DNA from: an uncultured Planctomycetales bacterium
GTDB lineage: Bacteria; Planctomycetota; UBA1135; JACQFD01
Assembly: GCA_964545855.1 (NCBI GenBank)
Contig: CAZJHD010000023.1
Location: 2,423-66,422, forward strand
DNA length: 64,000 nt
Reading direction: 5' to 3'
A program made the position numbers and the translations under genes. The notes under the pieces were generated by a model that did no database searches, was not told the DNA's origin, and saw only the letters and a list, made by a program, of their open reading frames with translations. Positions within the stretch are counted from its first letter, which is position 1. Each line of letters opens with the position of its first letter. Shown here piece after piece: positions 52,357-61,168 of this stretch.

Positions 52357-55101
52357 TCAGCCGCCCGGGCCCCTCGCGAAACGCGCGCCGGGACCCCGCA
52401 GGAATTCCTCCTCGCGGGGCGAGAGGCGGCGTCGGCGCCAGCGCCTCTTCGTCACCTCGGACAGCAGCGCCACCACCTGCTCCTCCAGCCGGTCGCGCTC
52501 CTCGAGCATCCGAGCGCGGAGGCGCGCCAGGTCGCCGGACCGCTCGGCGACGGTCGCCCGAGTGGAATCGTGCTCGCGCCGCAGCGTGCGCAGGCGGTCG
52601 TCGAGGTGCGCGGCGTGGGTCTGCTCAGCATGGAGCCGGCCCTCGAGATCCTCGATGCGGCTCCGGCTCTCGACGAGGGCCACCCGGAGCTCGTCGGTGC
52701 GCTGTCGCGACTCCGCGAGCTTCCGCTCGAGGAGCGACCTCTGCTCCTCGTGCTCCCGGAGCGCCGAGGTCCTCTCCGCCCGCTCGCGCGCCAGTGCCGC
52801 TTCCGTGCGTGCGACCGCGTCCGTCGCCGCGCCGAGCCGCTCCGTCGTCGACTCCAATCGCTCCTTCGTGGACGCAAGCTCCGCCTCGAGCCGCGCGCGC
52901 TCCGCCTCCGACCGTTCGCGCGTCGACGCGAGATCGCGCGCGAGGGCGTCTCTCTCCTCCGAGAGCGCAGCCTCCCGCGAGCGCGCCTCCGCCATCTCCG
53001 TCCGCACCCGATCGAGTTCCGCGCCCCGCCGGTCGCGCTCCTCGGCGGCCGCTGCGAGCTGCGCTGCCGTCTCCGTCGCCCGCCGCGAGATCTCGGAGAG
53101 CTCGGCGACGAGCCGCTCCCGATCCTCGCGCTGCGCGTCGAGCCTGCGATCGAGGGCGGTGACACGCTCCCGCGCCGAGCGGAGCGCCGAGCCGAGCTCG
53201 CCGATCTCGCGATCGCGCAACACGATCCCCGACTCCGCTTCCGAGAGCCTCTGCCTCGACTCCACGAGCACGCGCTCGGCCGCCGCGTGCGTCTCCAAGA
53301 GAGCCGCGTGCTCCGTCTCGACGGTCGCCAGGCGCTCCACGACGGACTGGCTGCGCTCCTGCTCGACCTGCATCCCCTCCTTCTCCGTGAGCATCTCGGC
53401 CCGCGCCTCGCGGAGCGCGTCGCTCGCGAGCTGGAAGGAGACCTGCAGCTCCGAGAGGGCGCGCTCGGCCGCGATGCGCCGGCCCTCGGCCTCCTCGGCG
53501 CGGGCACGCGTGCGCTCGAGATCCTCCGTCGTGGCGTGCAGGAGCCGCGTCGAAGCGGCGAATCCCTCCTCGGCCGTCGCGAGGCGCGCCTGGAGCTGGG
53601 CTCTCTGCTCCACGAGGCGCCGCATCGATTCCGCGTCGCGCTGCGCCCGCTCGAGCCACTCGCGCACGGAGCGCAGCTCGTTCTCGGCGGCCGCCTGCCG
53701 ATCGAGGCTCGAGCGGCGCTCGTCCTCGATCTCCTCGCGCTCCGACTCGAGATCGCGCAGGCGGTCGAGGGCGCTCGTCAGCTTCTGGATCGACTCGCGG
53801 GAACGCGTCTCCGCGCCCTGCCATCGCGCCTCGAGCTCGCGCACGCGCTCCTCCGACTCGCCGCCGCCGCCCTCGATGCGGAGCAGCTCGGCGTCGCGCT
53901 CCGCGATCGCGAGACGTCTCTCGGTCTCGGCGAGCCGCTCCTCGAGCCGCTCCCGCGCCAGCGCCGCCTCACGCTGCTCGCGCTCCCGTTCCGCCGCGTG
54001 CCGTGCGCGCTCGCGGGCCAGCATGTCGACGGAGGCGCGCACCTTGTCGTCGAGGGCGTGGGCCCAGGACATCTCGCGGTGGAGGACCACCGCCGTCTCG
54101 TGGCGCTCCGTCGTGAGCTCCCGCTCCCGCTCCTCCAAGTCGCGCGCACGCCCCTCCGCGCTCACGGCGCGGCGCGATGCCTCGGCGATCGACCGGGACA
54201 GGATGTCGAGGAGCGCCTCGTCGATGGCGATGCCCGCCCGATCCATCGCGAGCCGGAGGAAGGCGCGCGCCCCGTCGGCATCCTCGGCGGCGAGGAGGCT
54301 CGATCGCCCGAGCAGCGCCGGGAACTCCTCCGGCCGGTAGCGCGCGTCGAGGAGGAGCTCCGAGCGCTCGTCGAGGCGGAGGCCCTGGCCCTCGGGTGCA
54401 CGGCCCGCGACGGGGACGACCACGCGCGCCCGAGGAGCGAGGACGATCGCTCGCTCCATCGCCCTCGCGCGGAGCGAGAGATCGATTCCCAGGGCTCGGA
54501 CGTCGAGCGTCGGATCGAGCGGAAAGCACTCCGAGAGCGCGTCGATCGCGACGAGCAGCCCGTCTCCCAGGGCGGCGGCCACGTCGGCGGGACCGTCGCC
54601 CGAGATCGAGGACGTGCCGCTCCAGGCGCCGGCCGGATCGTGCGCCACGCCGGCGGCGACGACCGATCCGCTCGCCCGCACGAGGGCGGGCGCCACGCCG
54701 AAGATTCCCGGCCGCGCGAGCGCGACGGCCACCATCTCGTCGAGCCAGAGCGCGTGGGGATGCGCCTCCGGCGGGAGCAGCGCGAGGAAGGTGCCCCTCG
54801 CGAGGTGCGTCGCCTGCTCGACGGCTGCGGCGGGGACCGCGGCGCCGGCGAGCGGCCGCACCCAGCGCTCGCTCTCGAGCCGGCGTGCGAGGGCCGCCGG
54901 GTCGCTCGAGGCGGCCGCGAACACCTCGATCGGCCCCGCGTAGTCCTGCGCCGCCACCTCTCGGAGCCGAACGCGGAGGCTTCCTCGGTCGGCATCGAGC
55001 AGCAGCACCGTGACGGGCGGCGTCCGGTCGACGGGAGGCGGGAGCGGCGCCGGGCCCTTGCGGCGCGGTCGTCGCGTGCGTCGCGGGCTCCTCGCGGTCA
55101 T
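52357..55101 (-). CDS. Glycosyltransferase-family-2-like N-terminal domain fused to a roughly 600-aa coiled coil
   Basis: The N-terminal roughly 300 aa has a GT2-like layout (VTVLLLDADRG..., GTFLALLPPEAHPHALWLDEMV) with no clear DxD. The remainder is continuous E/R/A/L-rich heptad sequence. ATG 55101 overlaps the upstream stop (ATGA). Confidence 0.7.
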   Translation of the reverse strand: MTARSPRRTRRPRRKGPAPLPPPVDRTPPVTVLLLDADRGSLRVRLREVAAQDYAGPIEVFAAASSDPAALARRLESERWVRPLAGAAVPAAAVEQATHLARGTFLALLPPEAHPHALWLDEMVAVALARPGIFGVAPALVRASGSVVAAGVAHDPAGAWSGTSSISGDGPADVAAALGDGLLVAIDALSECFPLDPTLDVRALGIDLSLRARAMERAIVLAPRARVVVPVAGRAPEGQGLRLDERSELLLDARYRPEEFPALLGRSSLLAAEDADGARAFLRLAMDRAGIAIDEALLDILSRSIAEASRRAVSAEGRARDLEERERELTTERHETAVVLHREMSWAHALDDKVRASVDMLARERARHAAEREREQREAALARERLEERLAETERRLAIAERDAELLRIEGGGGESEERVRELEARWQGAETRSRESIQKLTSALDRLRDLESEREEIEDERRSSLDRQAAAENELRSVREWLERAQRDAESMRRLVEQRAQLQARLATAEEGFAASTRLLHATTEDLERTRARAEEAEGRRIAAERALSELQVSFQLASDALREARAEMLTEKEGMQVEQERSQSVVERLATVETEHAALLETHAAAERVLVESRQRLSEAESGIVLRDREIGELGSALRSARERVTALDRRLDAQREDRERLVAELSEISRRATETAAQLAAAAEERDRRGAELDRVRTEMAEARSREAALSEERDALARDLASTRERSEAERARLEAELASTKERLESTTERLGAATDAVARTEAALARERAERTSALREHEEQRSLLERKLAESRQRTDELRVALVESRSRIEDLEGRLHAEQTHAAHLDDRLRTLRREHDSTRATVAERSGDLARLRARMLEERDRLEEQVVALLSEVTKRRWRRRRLSPREEEFLRGPGARFARGPGG

Positions 55102-55346
55102 TCGCTCGATGCCGCCGTGGCGGGGCCACCGGCAGGCGCGGCCGAGGAACCACGCGCCTCGTGGAGGAGGTCGAGCAGATGGAGCGCCTGCTCCCCGAGT
55201 CCGCGGATGCGCGCGTCGCGCTCGGCGAGGGACTCGCGCAGACGCGCCAGCTCGGCGTCCTTCGAGGCGAGGTCGGTCCGCAGGCGCTCGAGGGTGGCCT
55301 GGAGCTCCCGGATCGCGGCGAGGACGGATGCGTCGGACACGGTCAA
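55098..55346 (-). CDS. Small (82-aa) coiled-coil protein
   Basis: TTG 55346 overlaps the GT4 stop (TTGA), and its stop overlaps the next ATG (ATGA). Sequence is LTVSDASVLAAIRELQATLERLRTDLASKDAELARLRESLAERDARIRGLGEQ... Confidence 0.4.
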   Translation of the reverse strand: MTVSDASVLAAIRELQATLERLRTDLASKDAELARLRESLAERDARIRGLGEQALHLLDLLHEARGSSAAPAGGPATAASSE

Positions 55347-56755
55347 CGGATCGGCGCCCGAAGGCCGCCGCCTCGAGAGCCTACCAGCCCGCCCCCCGGG
55401 CCCTCCTGGAGCAGTCGTGCGAGGTCGTCGTGGGCATCGGCGATGGTGCGCGCCGGTGCGATCTCGGCGCGGGCGCGCTCGACGGCGGTGCGATCGCTCC
55501 ACCTTCCGAGGGCCGCGGCGAGGGCCGAGGCGTCTCCGGCGGGGACGAGCGCGCCACCTCGCCCGGCCGCGACGGACTCGGCGAGCCCGCCGCGATCGGA
55601 GGCGACGACGGGCCGCCGCGCGGCGAGGGCCTCGAGGGCGACGAAGGGCGTGTTCTCGTGCCAGAGCGACGGCACCACGAGAACGTCGATGGCCGAGAGT
55701 GCGGCGCCGAGGTCGGCCGGCGCGAAGGGGCCGGCGAGCTCGATGCGCGGGTCGTTCCTCGCGGCGGCGGCGAGCTCCTCTCCATAGGCGGGGAACTCGT
55801 CGAGACGGCCGCGCACGACGAGGCGCACGTCGCCGGGGACGCGCGTGAAGGCGCGCGCGAGGAGCACCGCTCCCTTGTGCGGCGCCACCGTCCCGAAGAA
55901 TCCGAAGACGACCGGGCCCGACGCGCGGTCGGCGAGCCCGCCCAGCCGGTCCAGGTCGAGACCGTAGGGAACGAGGGCGAGCGTCTCGTCCCGCACGCCG
56001 TGCCGCAGGAGCGCATCGCGCAGGAATCGCGACGGAGCCACGACGGCGCGCGCGGAGTGCAGCCCCGCCACGATCTCCTCCCGGCGGCCCGCGAAGGCGA
56101 GCGCCATGGCCGGCAGGAGAGGGCGGTGCATGCGCAACGCCCCGGCGAGGTCGCGTGCGCGCCGCACGTCACCGGCGAGGCTCTCGGTCGCGAGCACCTG
56201 CGCGACGCCGGAATGCGCGCACTGGAAGCAGCCGAGACCGCCGTCGGGCGGACCCTCGCAGGGAGTCCCGTCCGGCAGCGTGAGCGTCGCCACGGGGCAG
56301 GCGCTCCAGAAATCCGTCGCGTGCGCGAGGACGGGGATCCCGCGCCGCGCCGCGTCCGCGAGGGCCGCCGCGCCGATCCCCTGGAGATGGAACGCGTGCA
56401 ACGCTTCCGGCGCGAAGGCATCGAGCCAGCGCCGCAGCTCCGCGGCGACGAGGGGCTGGTCGTGGTCGCCGAGGACCGGGTTCGCCACGGCCGAGCGCGC
56501 GACGGCGAAGCGGTGCACGGGGATCCCCTCCACCTCGTCGTCGACGCGGAGCCGCGCCGCCACACGGAACGACGCCGTCGGCTCCACGGTGAAGACGCGG
56601 GCGTCGTGTCCTCGCCTCCGCGCCTCCCGAGCGAGCGCGCGCACGTACTGCTCCGTCCCCGTGTGGTGCCGCGGGAGGAACTGGTGGACGACGAATCCGG
56701 TCCGCACCGGCGGAGTGTGACACGGCCCGCGCCGCCGGCGGAGGCCGTGGCGCAT
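55343..56755 (-). CDS. Glycosyltransferase family 4 (GT-B fold)
   Basis: The N-terminal string is FVVHQFLPRHHTGTEQY. The C-terminal EX7E-type region is WHENTPFVALEALAARRPVVASDRGGLAESV. GTG 56707 is an alternative start. Confidence 0.8.
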   Translation of the reverse strand: MRHGLRRRRGPCHTPPVRTGFVVHQFLPRHHTGTEQYVRALAREARRRGHDARVFTVEPTASFRVAARLRVDDEVEGIPVHRFAVARSAVANPVLGDHDQPLVAAELRRWLDAFAPEALHAFHLQGIGAAALADAARRGIPVLAHATDFWSACPVATLTLPDGTPCEGPPDGGLGCFQCAHSGVAQVLATESLAGDVRRARDLAGALRMHRPLLPAMALAFAGRREEIVAGLHSARAVVAPSRFLRDALLRHGVRDETLALVPYGLDLDRLGGLADRASGPVVFGFFGTVAPHKGAVLLARAFTRVPGDVRLVVRGRLDEFPAYGEELAAAARNDPRIELAGPFAPADLGAALSAIDVLVVPSLWHENTPFVALEALAARRPVVASDRGGLAESVAAGRGGALVPAGDASALAAALGRWSDRTAVERARAEIAPARTIADAHDDLARLLQEGPGGGLVGSRGGGLRAPIR

Positions 56756-56766
56756 ACTCCCGCCCG

Positions 56767-57642
56767 TTGAATGCCTCCGTCGTGATCCCCACCTGGAACG
56801 CAGGGCCCGACTTCCCGGAGCTCCTGCGCTGGCTCCGCGCGCAGCAGCCGGCGGAGATCCTCCGGGAGATCGTCGTGGTCGACTCGTCGTCGACGGACGG
56901 AACGGAGGAGATCGCGCGCGCGGCGGGCGCGCGCTGCACGCGCATTCCCCGCGCCGAGTTCGACCACGGGGGCACGCGGAGGCGCGCCGCCGAGTCCTGC
57001 ACGGGGTCCGTCGTCGTCTTCCTGGTGCAGGACGCGCTGCCCGTCGGCGACCGCTTCCTCGAAACGCTCCTGCGGCCGCTCGAGGAGCCGGGCATGGCCG
57101 CCAGCTACGCGCGCGTCGTGCCGCGCGCCGGCGCGAGCCTCCTCGTGCGACGCGATGTCGAGCGTGACCTCGTGGCCGGATGCGCGCGGCTGCGCAAGCG
57201 GCTCCGCAGCGCCGACGAGTGGTCGGCTTGGACTCCGTCGGAGCGAAGGATCTTCGCGCACTTCAGCGACGTCGCGGCCGCCGTCCGCGCCGACGTCCTG
57301 CGTGCGCTCCCCTACCGCGATCTCGCCTTCGGAGAGGATCTGGAGTGGGCGAAGCGCGCCCTCGAGGCGGGCCGAGGAATCGCCTTCGAGCCCGACGCCG
57401 TCGTCGAGCACTCCCACGAGAGCGGCCTCGCGCGCGACTTCCGGCGGCACCGCGACGACGCGATCGTCGAGCGGCGGCTCTTCGGCATCCGCCGGCCGGG
57501 CTCGCTCCCCGGCGCCCTCGCCCGCGCCGCGCGCCTCACGCTCCGCGACCTCGGCGGACGGCCGCGCCTCCTCGCTCCCGGCCTCCGGCTCGCCCAGTCG
57601 CTCGGGCGCTGGTGGGGCGCGCGGAGCGTCGAGGACCTCTGA
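56767..57642 (+). CDS. Glycosyltransferase family 2
   Basis: Family strings are SVVIPTWNAGPDF, VVVDSSSTDGT and VVFLVQDALP. The track start is TTG. It is divergent from the GT4 gene with an 11-nt gap. Confidence 0.8.
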   Translation: MNASVVIPTWNAGPDFPELLRWLRAQQPAEILREIVVVDSSSTDGTEEIARAAGARCTRIPRAEFDHGGTRRRAAESCTGSVVVFLVQDALPVGDRFLETLLRPLEEPGMAASYARVVPRAGASLLVRRDVERDLVAGCARLRKRLRSADEWSAWTPSERRIFAHFSDVAAAVRADVLRALPYRDLAFGEDLEWAKRALEAGRGIAFEPDAVVEHSHESGLARDFRRHRDDAIVERRLFGIRRPGSLPGALARAARLTLRDLGGRPRLLAPGLRLAQSLGRWWGARSVEDL

Positions 57643-57711
57643 CGGAGTCGGGTCCCCATCGCGGCGCGTCTCTGGTACAAGCCTCGCCCCCATGATCCGG
57701 CGACGACCTCG

Positions 57712-58389
57712 ATGATCCGCTTCCGCCGCTCGGGCTCCTTCGTTCGCTGGTTCGTCGAAGGGAAGCCCGCCGACGTCTCCGACACCTCGCTCCTCGACGC
57801 GCTGCGCCGGGAGCGGTTCCGGCCCATCGACGACAGCGCGACGGACGAGGAGTCCGTGGGCTGGGTGACGCGCGAGGACCCCTCGGGCGGACGCTTCGAC
57901 CCCGAGGACGTGATCCACGATCGCTTCCTCGTCTTCGCGCTGCGCGTGGACCGAAAGCGGATCCCGGCCACGCTGCTCCGCATCCACGCCCGCGCCGACC
58001 TCCGCAGCGCCGGCGGCAGGAACGGGAAGCCCCTGGGGCGCGCGCAGAAGAAGGAGATCCTCGAAGAGACGCGCCGCAAGCTGATGGCGCGCGCGCTCCC
58101 CTCCGTGTCGCTCACGGACTGCGTCTGGAGCTGCCGCCGCGGAGTCCTCTCGGTCTTCGCGACGGGAGCCGGCACCCTCGACCGCGCCGCGCGCCACTTC
58201 CGCGCCACCTTCGAGCGGTCGCTCGTCCTCGCGACGCCGGGAGCGATCGCGGAGCGCCGGAAGCTGCCCGACGCGCTGCGCAAGCGGCTCGGCGAGGTGT
58301 CGCCCGTCTCGTTCGTCCGAGACGAGGAGTCCGCCCGCGCCGGCGTGCGCGCACCCCGGTTCGCCGACGCGGCGGAGGACGACGCATGA
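57712..58389 (+). CDS. rdgC: Recombination-associated protein RdgC-like (N-terminal-half homology)
   Basis: It aligns by eye with the E. coli RdgC N-terminal half. ESVGWVTREDP matches AKMGWVPPMG. FLVFALRVDRKRIPATLL matches IVICARKEEKILPSPVI. KKEILEETRRKLMARALP matches KDSLKDEVLHSLLPRAF. Confidence 0.65.
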   Translation: MIRFRRSGSFVRWFVEGKPADVSDTSLLDALRRERFRPIDDSATDEESVGWVTREDPSGGRFDPEDVIHDRFLVFALRVDRKRIPATLLRIHARADLRSAGGRNGKPLGRAQKKEILEETRRKLMARALPSVSLTDCVWSCRRGVLSVFATGAGTLDRAARHFRATFERSLVLATPGAIAERRKLPDALRKRLGEVSPVSFVRDEESARAGVRAPRFADAAEDDA

Positions 58390-58937
58390 AGACGCGATCC
58401 CGCACGGCCGATCCCGACCCCCGTCCCCTGCGCGACGAGCACGCGTTCCTCGGCGAGGAGTTCCTCACCTGGCTCTGGTGGCGCGCCGAGTCCGGCCGCG
58501 GCGAGTACGAGCTCGACGGGAAGCAGGTGGTCGGGATCGCGCTCGACGCGCCGCTCGTGCTCCGGTCCGGGAACGAGGACGAGGAGGGACGGCGCGAGGA
58601 GCAGGTGCTGCGCAACGGCCGGCCCCTCGGCGGCCCCGAGGCGGCGGCGGCCCTCCGACGCGGCAAGAAGCTCGCGCGCGCGCGCATCGTCGTCGCGCGA
58701 GCCGGCCGCGAATGGACGGGCACGCTCGACGGCGAGTCGATGTCGCTGCGGTCCGTGGCCGTCCCCACGGGCGAGGAGAGCGACGAGGCGTCGCCGACCC
58801 TCGATCACCTGGCGGCCTTCGAGGAGATCGCGGACGTCCTCGACGGCGTCTATGCGCAGTTCCTGGAGGAGCGGCTCGCCCCCGCGTTCCGCGACGGCGG
58901 CCTCCGCGCGCTGCGCGCGTGGGTGAGCGCGAAGTAG
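58386..58937 (+). CDS. Hypothetical protein resembling the C-terminal half of RdgC
   Basis: There is an ATGA overlap with the previous ORF. FLTWLWWRAESGRGEYEL, KKLARARIVVARAGREWTGTLDGESMSLRSV and AAFEEIADVLDGVYAQFLEE loosely parallel the RdgC C-terminal segments as I remember them. Confidence 0.5.
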   Translation: MKTRSRTADPDPRPLRDEHAFLGEEFLTWLWWRAESGRGEYELDGKQVVGIALDAPLVLRSGNEDEEGRREEQVLRNGRPLGGPEAAAALRRGKKLARARIVVARAGREWTGTLDGESMSLRSVAVPTGEESDEASPTLDHLAAFEEIADVLDGVYAQFLEERLAPAFRDGGLRALRAWVSAK

Positions 58938-58943
58938 GGGCCG

Positions 58944-59459
58944 TCAGGCCTCGATCGTGAGGAGGTCGCTGCCGGCGGCGACGGTCCGGCCCGCCGCCGT
59001 GTGGACGCGCGTGACGGTTCCGGCCATCTCGCAGCGCACCTCGTTCTGCATCTTCATCGCCTCGAGGACGAGGAGCGGCGCTCCCACGTCGACGTGGTCG
59101 CCCACCTTCACGGCGAGGGAGACGACGATGCCGGGCATCGCGGCGCGCACCGTGCGGCTCCCCTTGGCCGCGGTCCGCTCCGCCGCGCGCGCGGCGCGCT
59201 CCCGCTCGTTCTCGATCGACACGGCGAAGAGCTCGCCGACGAGTCCGACGGTGTACTCCGTCGTCGATCCGCGCTGCGCCGGCTCGATGGACGGCGCCCA
59301 CGACTTCCCGTCGATCACGATCGAATACTGGCCGAGGCCGTCGACCTCGGCGTAGGAGACGACGTGCTCGGCGCCCGCGATCCTCGCGACGAGCCGGCTC
59401 TCCCGCTCCTCGATCCCGACCTCGACCTCTCGGTCTCCGATCCGCGCCCAGTACTTCAT
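58944..59459 (-). CDS. Biotin carboxyl carrier (biotinyl/lipoyl domain) protein
   Basis: ATG 59459 overlaps the accC stop (ATGA). The C-terminal biotinylation motif is LLVLEAMKMQNEV. Confidence 0.8.
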   Translation of the reverse strand: MKYWARIGDREVEVGIEERESRLVARIAGAEHVVSYAEVDGLGQYSIVIDGKSWAPSIEPAQRGSTTEYTVGLVGELFAVSIENERERAARAAERTAAKGSRTVRAAMPGIVVSLAVKVGDHVDVGAPLLVLEAMKMQNEVRCEMAGTVTRVHTAAGRTVAAGSDLLTIEA

Positions 59460-60952
59460 CGCGAACGCTCCGCGCGGCCCGCGGCCACCCAGGGAGACAG
59501 CCCGCTCCGCGTTCTCGGCCCGCCGCCGGGACCGGTGCCGAGGGCGCTCCGCGATCCGCCGAGGTGGCGGTGCACGGCGGCCACCAGGGCCGCGATGGTC
59601 TCTCGCTCCGCGTTCGCCGGCGGGCGGAAGCCGTCGAGGAAGTGGGTGTCCAGGTCTCCCGCGCGGAAGCGGGCGTCGCGCAGCACCTGCAGCGCGAGCG
59701 GCGCCGTCGTGCGCACGCCGCCGACGTGCAGCTCGCAGAGGGCGCGGTCGATCCGCGCGATGGCCTCCGCGCGGGTGGCGCCCCAGGCGACGACCTTCGC
59801 CAGGAGCGAGTCGTAGTGGGGCGTCACCTCGTAGCCGCGGTAGAGACCCGAGTCGACGCGGACCCAGGGGCCGGCGGGGAGGCGGAGATTGCGCACGGTG
59901 CCGATGGAGGGGACGAACCCCTGGTCCGGGTCCTCGGCGTTGACGCGGACCTCGATCGCGTGGCCGCGGGCCTTCATGTCCGGACGCAGCGAGAGCCTCT
60001 CGCCCGCGGCGACGCGGAGCTGCTCGCGCACGAGATCGACGCCGTAGACCATCTCCGTGACCGGATGCTCCACCTGGAGACGGCAGTTCATCTCGAGGAA
60101 GTAGAACTTCCCGGCGCTCCAGAGGAACTCCACGGTGCCGGCGTTCACGTAGCCGACGGCGCGGGCGGCCTGCCGCGCGGCCTCGCACATCGCCGCGCGC
60201 ATCGCGTCGTCGAGGACGACGGAGGGCGACTCCTCGATGAGCTTCTGGTGCCGCCGCTGGATCGAGCACTCGCGCTCGCCGAGGGAGACCACGTTGCCGT
60301 GCCGGTCGGCCATCACCTGCACCTCCACGTGGCGCGGCCGGTCGAGGTAGCGCTCGACGTAGAGCCGTGCGTCGTGGAACGCCGACGCGGCCTCCCCGCT
60401 CGCGGTGCGGAAGGCCGAGGGGAGCGATGCGGCGTCGCGGACCAGCCGGATCCCCTTTCCGCCGCCGCCCCCCGCCGCCTTCAGCGCGATCGGATAGCCG
60501 ATGCGGTCCGCCTCGCGGCGCGCCGCCTCCGGGTCGGCGACCGGCTCCGTGGTGCCGGGAACGACGGGCACGCCGGCGCGGGTCATCGCGCTCCGCGACG
60601 AGAGCTTGTCTCCCATGGCGCGCATCGCGCTCGAGGGAGGGCCGACGAAGGCGAGGCCCGCCTTCTCGACGGCCTCGGCGAAGGCCGCCTTCTCGGAGAG
60701 GAATCCGTAGCCGGGGTGGATCGCTTGCGCGCCGGTCGCGCGCGCCGCCTCGAGGATCGAGTCGATCCGGAGGTAGGACTCTCCCGGCGGTGCCGGGCCG
60801 ATCCGGACGGCCTCGTTCGCCATGCGAACGTGGAGGGCGTTTCGATCGGCGTCGCTGTAGACGGCGACCGTCGAGATGCCGAGCTCGCGGCAGCTCCGGA
60901 TCACGCGCAGGGCGATCTCGCCGCGATTGGCGATGAGGACTTTCTCGAACAT
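59456..60952 (-). CDS. accC: Acetyl/acyl-CoA carboxylase biotin carboxylase subunit
   Basis: Family strings are MFEKVLIANRGEIALRVIR, HPGYGFLSE, KAAGGGGGKGIR, EMNCRLQVEHPVTE and YDSLLAKV. Start is ATG 60952 within ORF 59456..61057. Confidence 0.9.
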   Translation of the reverse strand: MFEKVLIANRGEIALRVIRSCRELGISTVAVYSDADRNALHVRMANEAVRIGPAPPGESYLRIDSILEAARATGAQAIHPGYGFLSEKAAFAEAVEKAGLAFVGPPSSAMRAMGDKLSSRSAMTRAGVPVVPGTTEPVADPEAARREADRIGYPIALKAAGGGGGKGIRLVRDAASLPSAFRTASGEAASAFHDARLYVERYLDRPRHVEVQVMADRHGNVVSLGERECSIQRRHQKLIEESPSVVLDDAMRAAMCEAARQAARAVGYVNAGTVEFLWSAGKFYFLEMNCRLQVEHPVTEMVYGVDLVREQLRVAAGERLSLRPDMKARGHAIEVRVNAEDPDQGFVPSIGTVRNLRLPAGPWVRVDSGLYRGYEVTPHYDSLLAKVVAWGATRAEAIARIDRALCELHVGGVRTTAPLALQVLRDARFRAGDLDTHFLDGFRPPANAERETIAALVAAVHRHLGGSRSALGTGPGGGPRTRSGLSPWVAAGRAERSR

Positions 60953-61168
60953 CGGCACGGGGACGGGGGACGGGACGTCGAGACGGAGCCGCGTGGGGGT
61001 TCGCGGCTCGGGGGCGGCGGCACCGCGGCCGACCTCGCCCGGCGGTGCGCGGCGCACGACGGCCGCGGATCCGGGAGTCTCCGAGCCCGAAGCCTCGATC
61101 GGGGTCGCGCGGGGCGGCGAACTCTACCGGCCGCTCCGCGGGCGCGGAAGGGAGCGCGGTGCGGGGCG

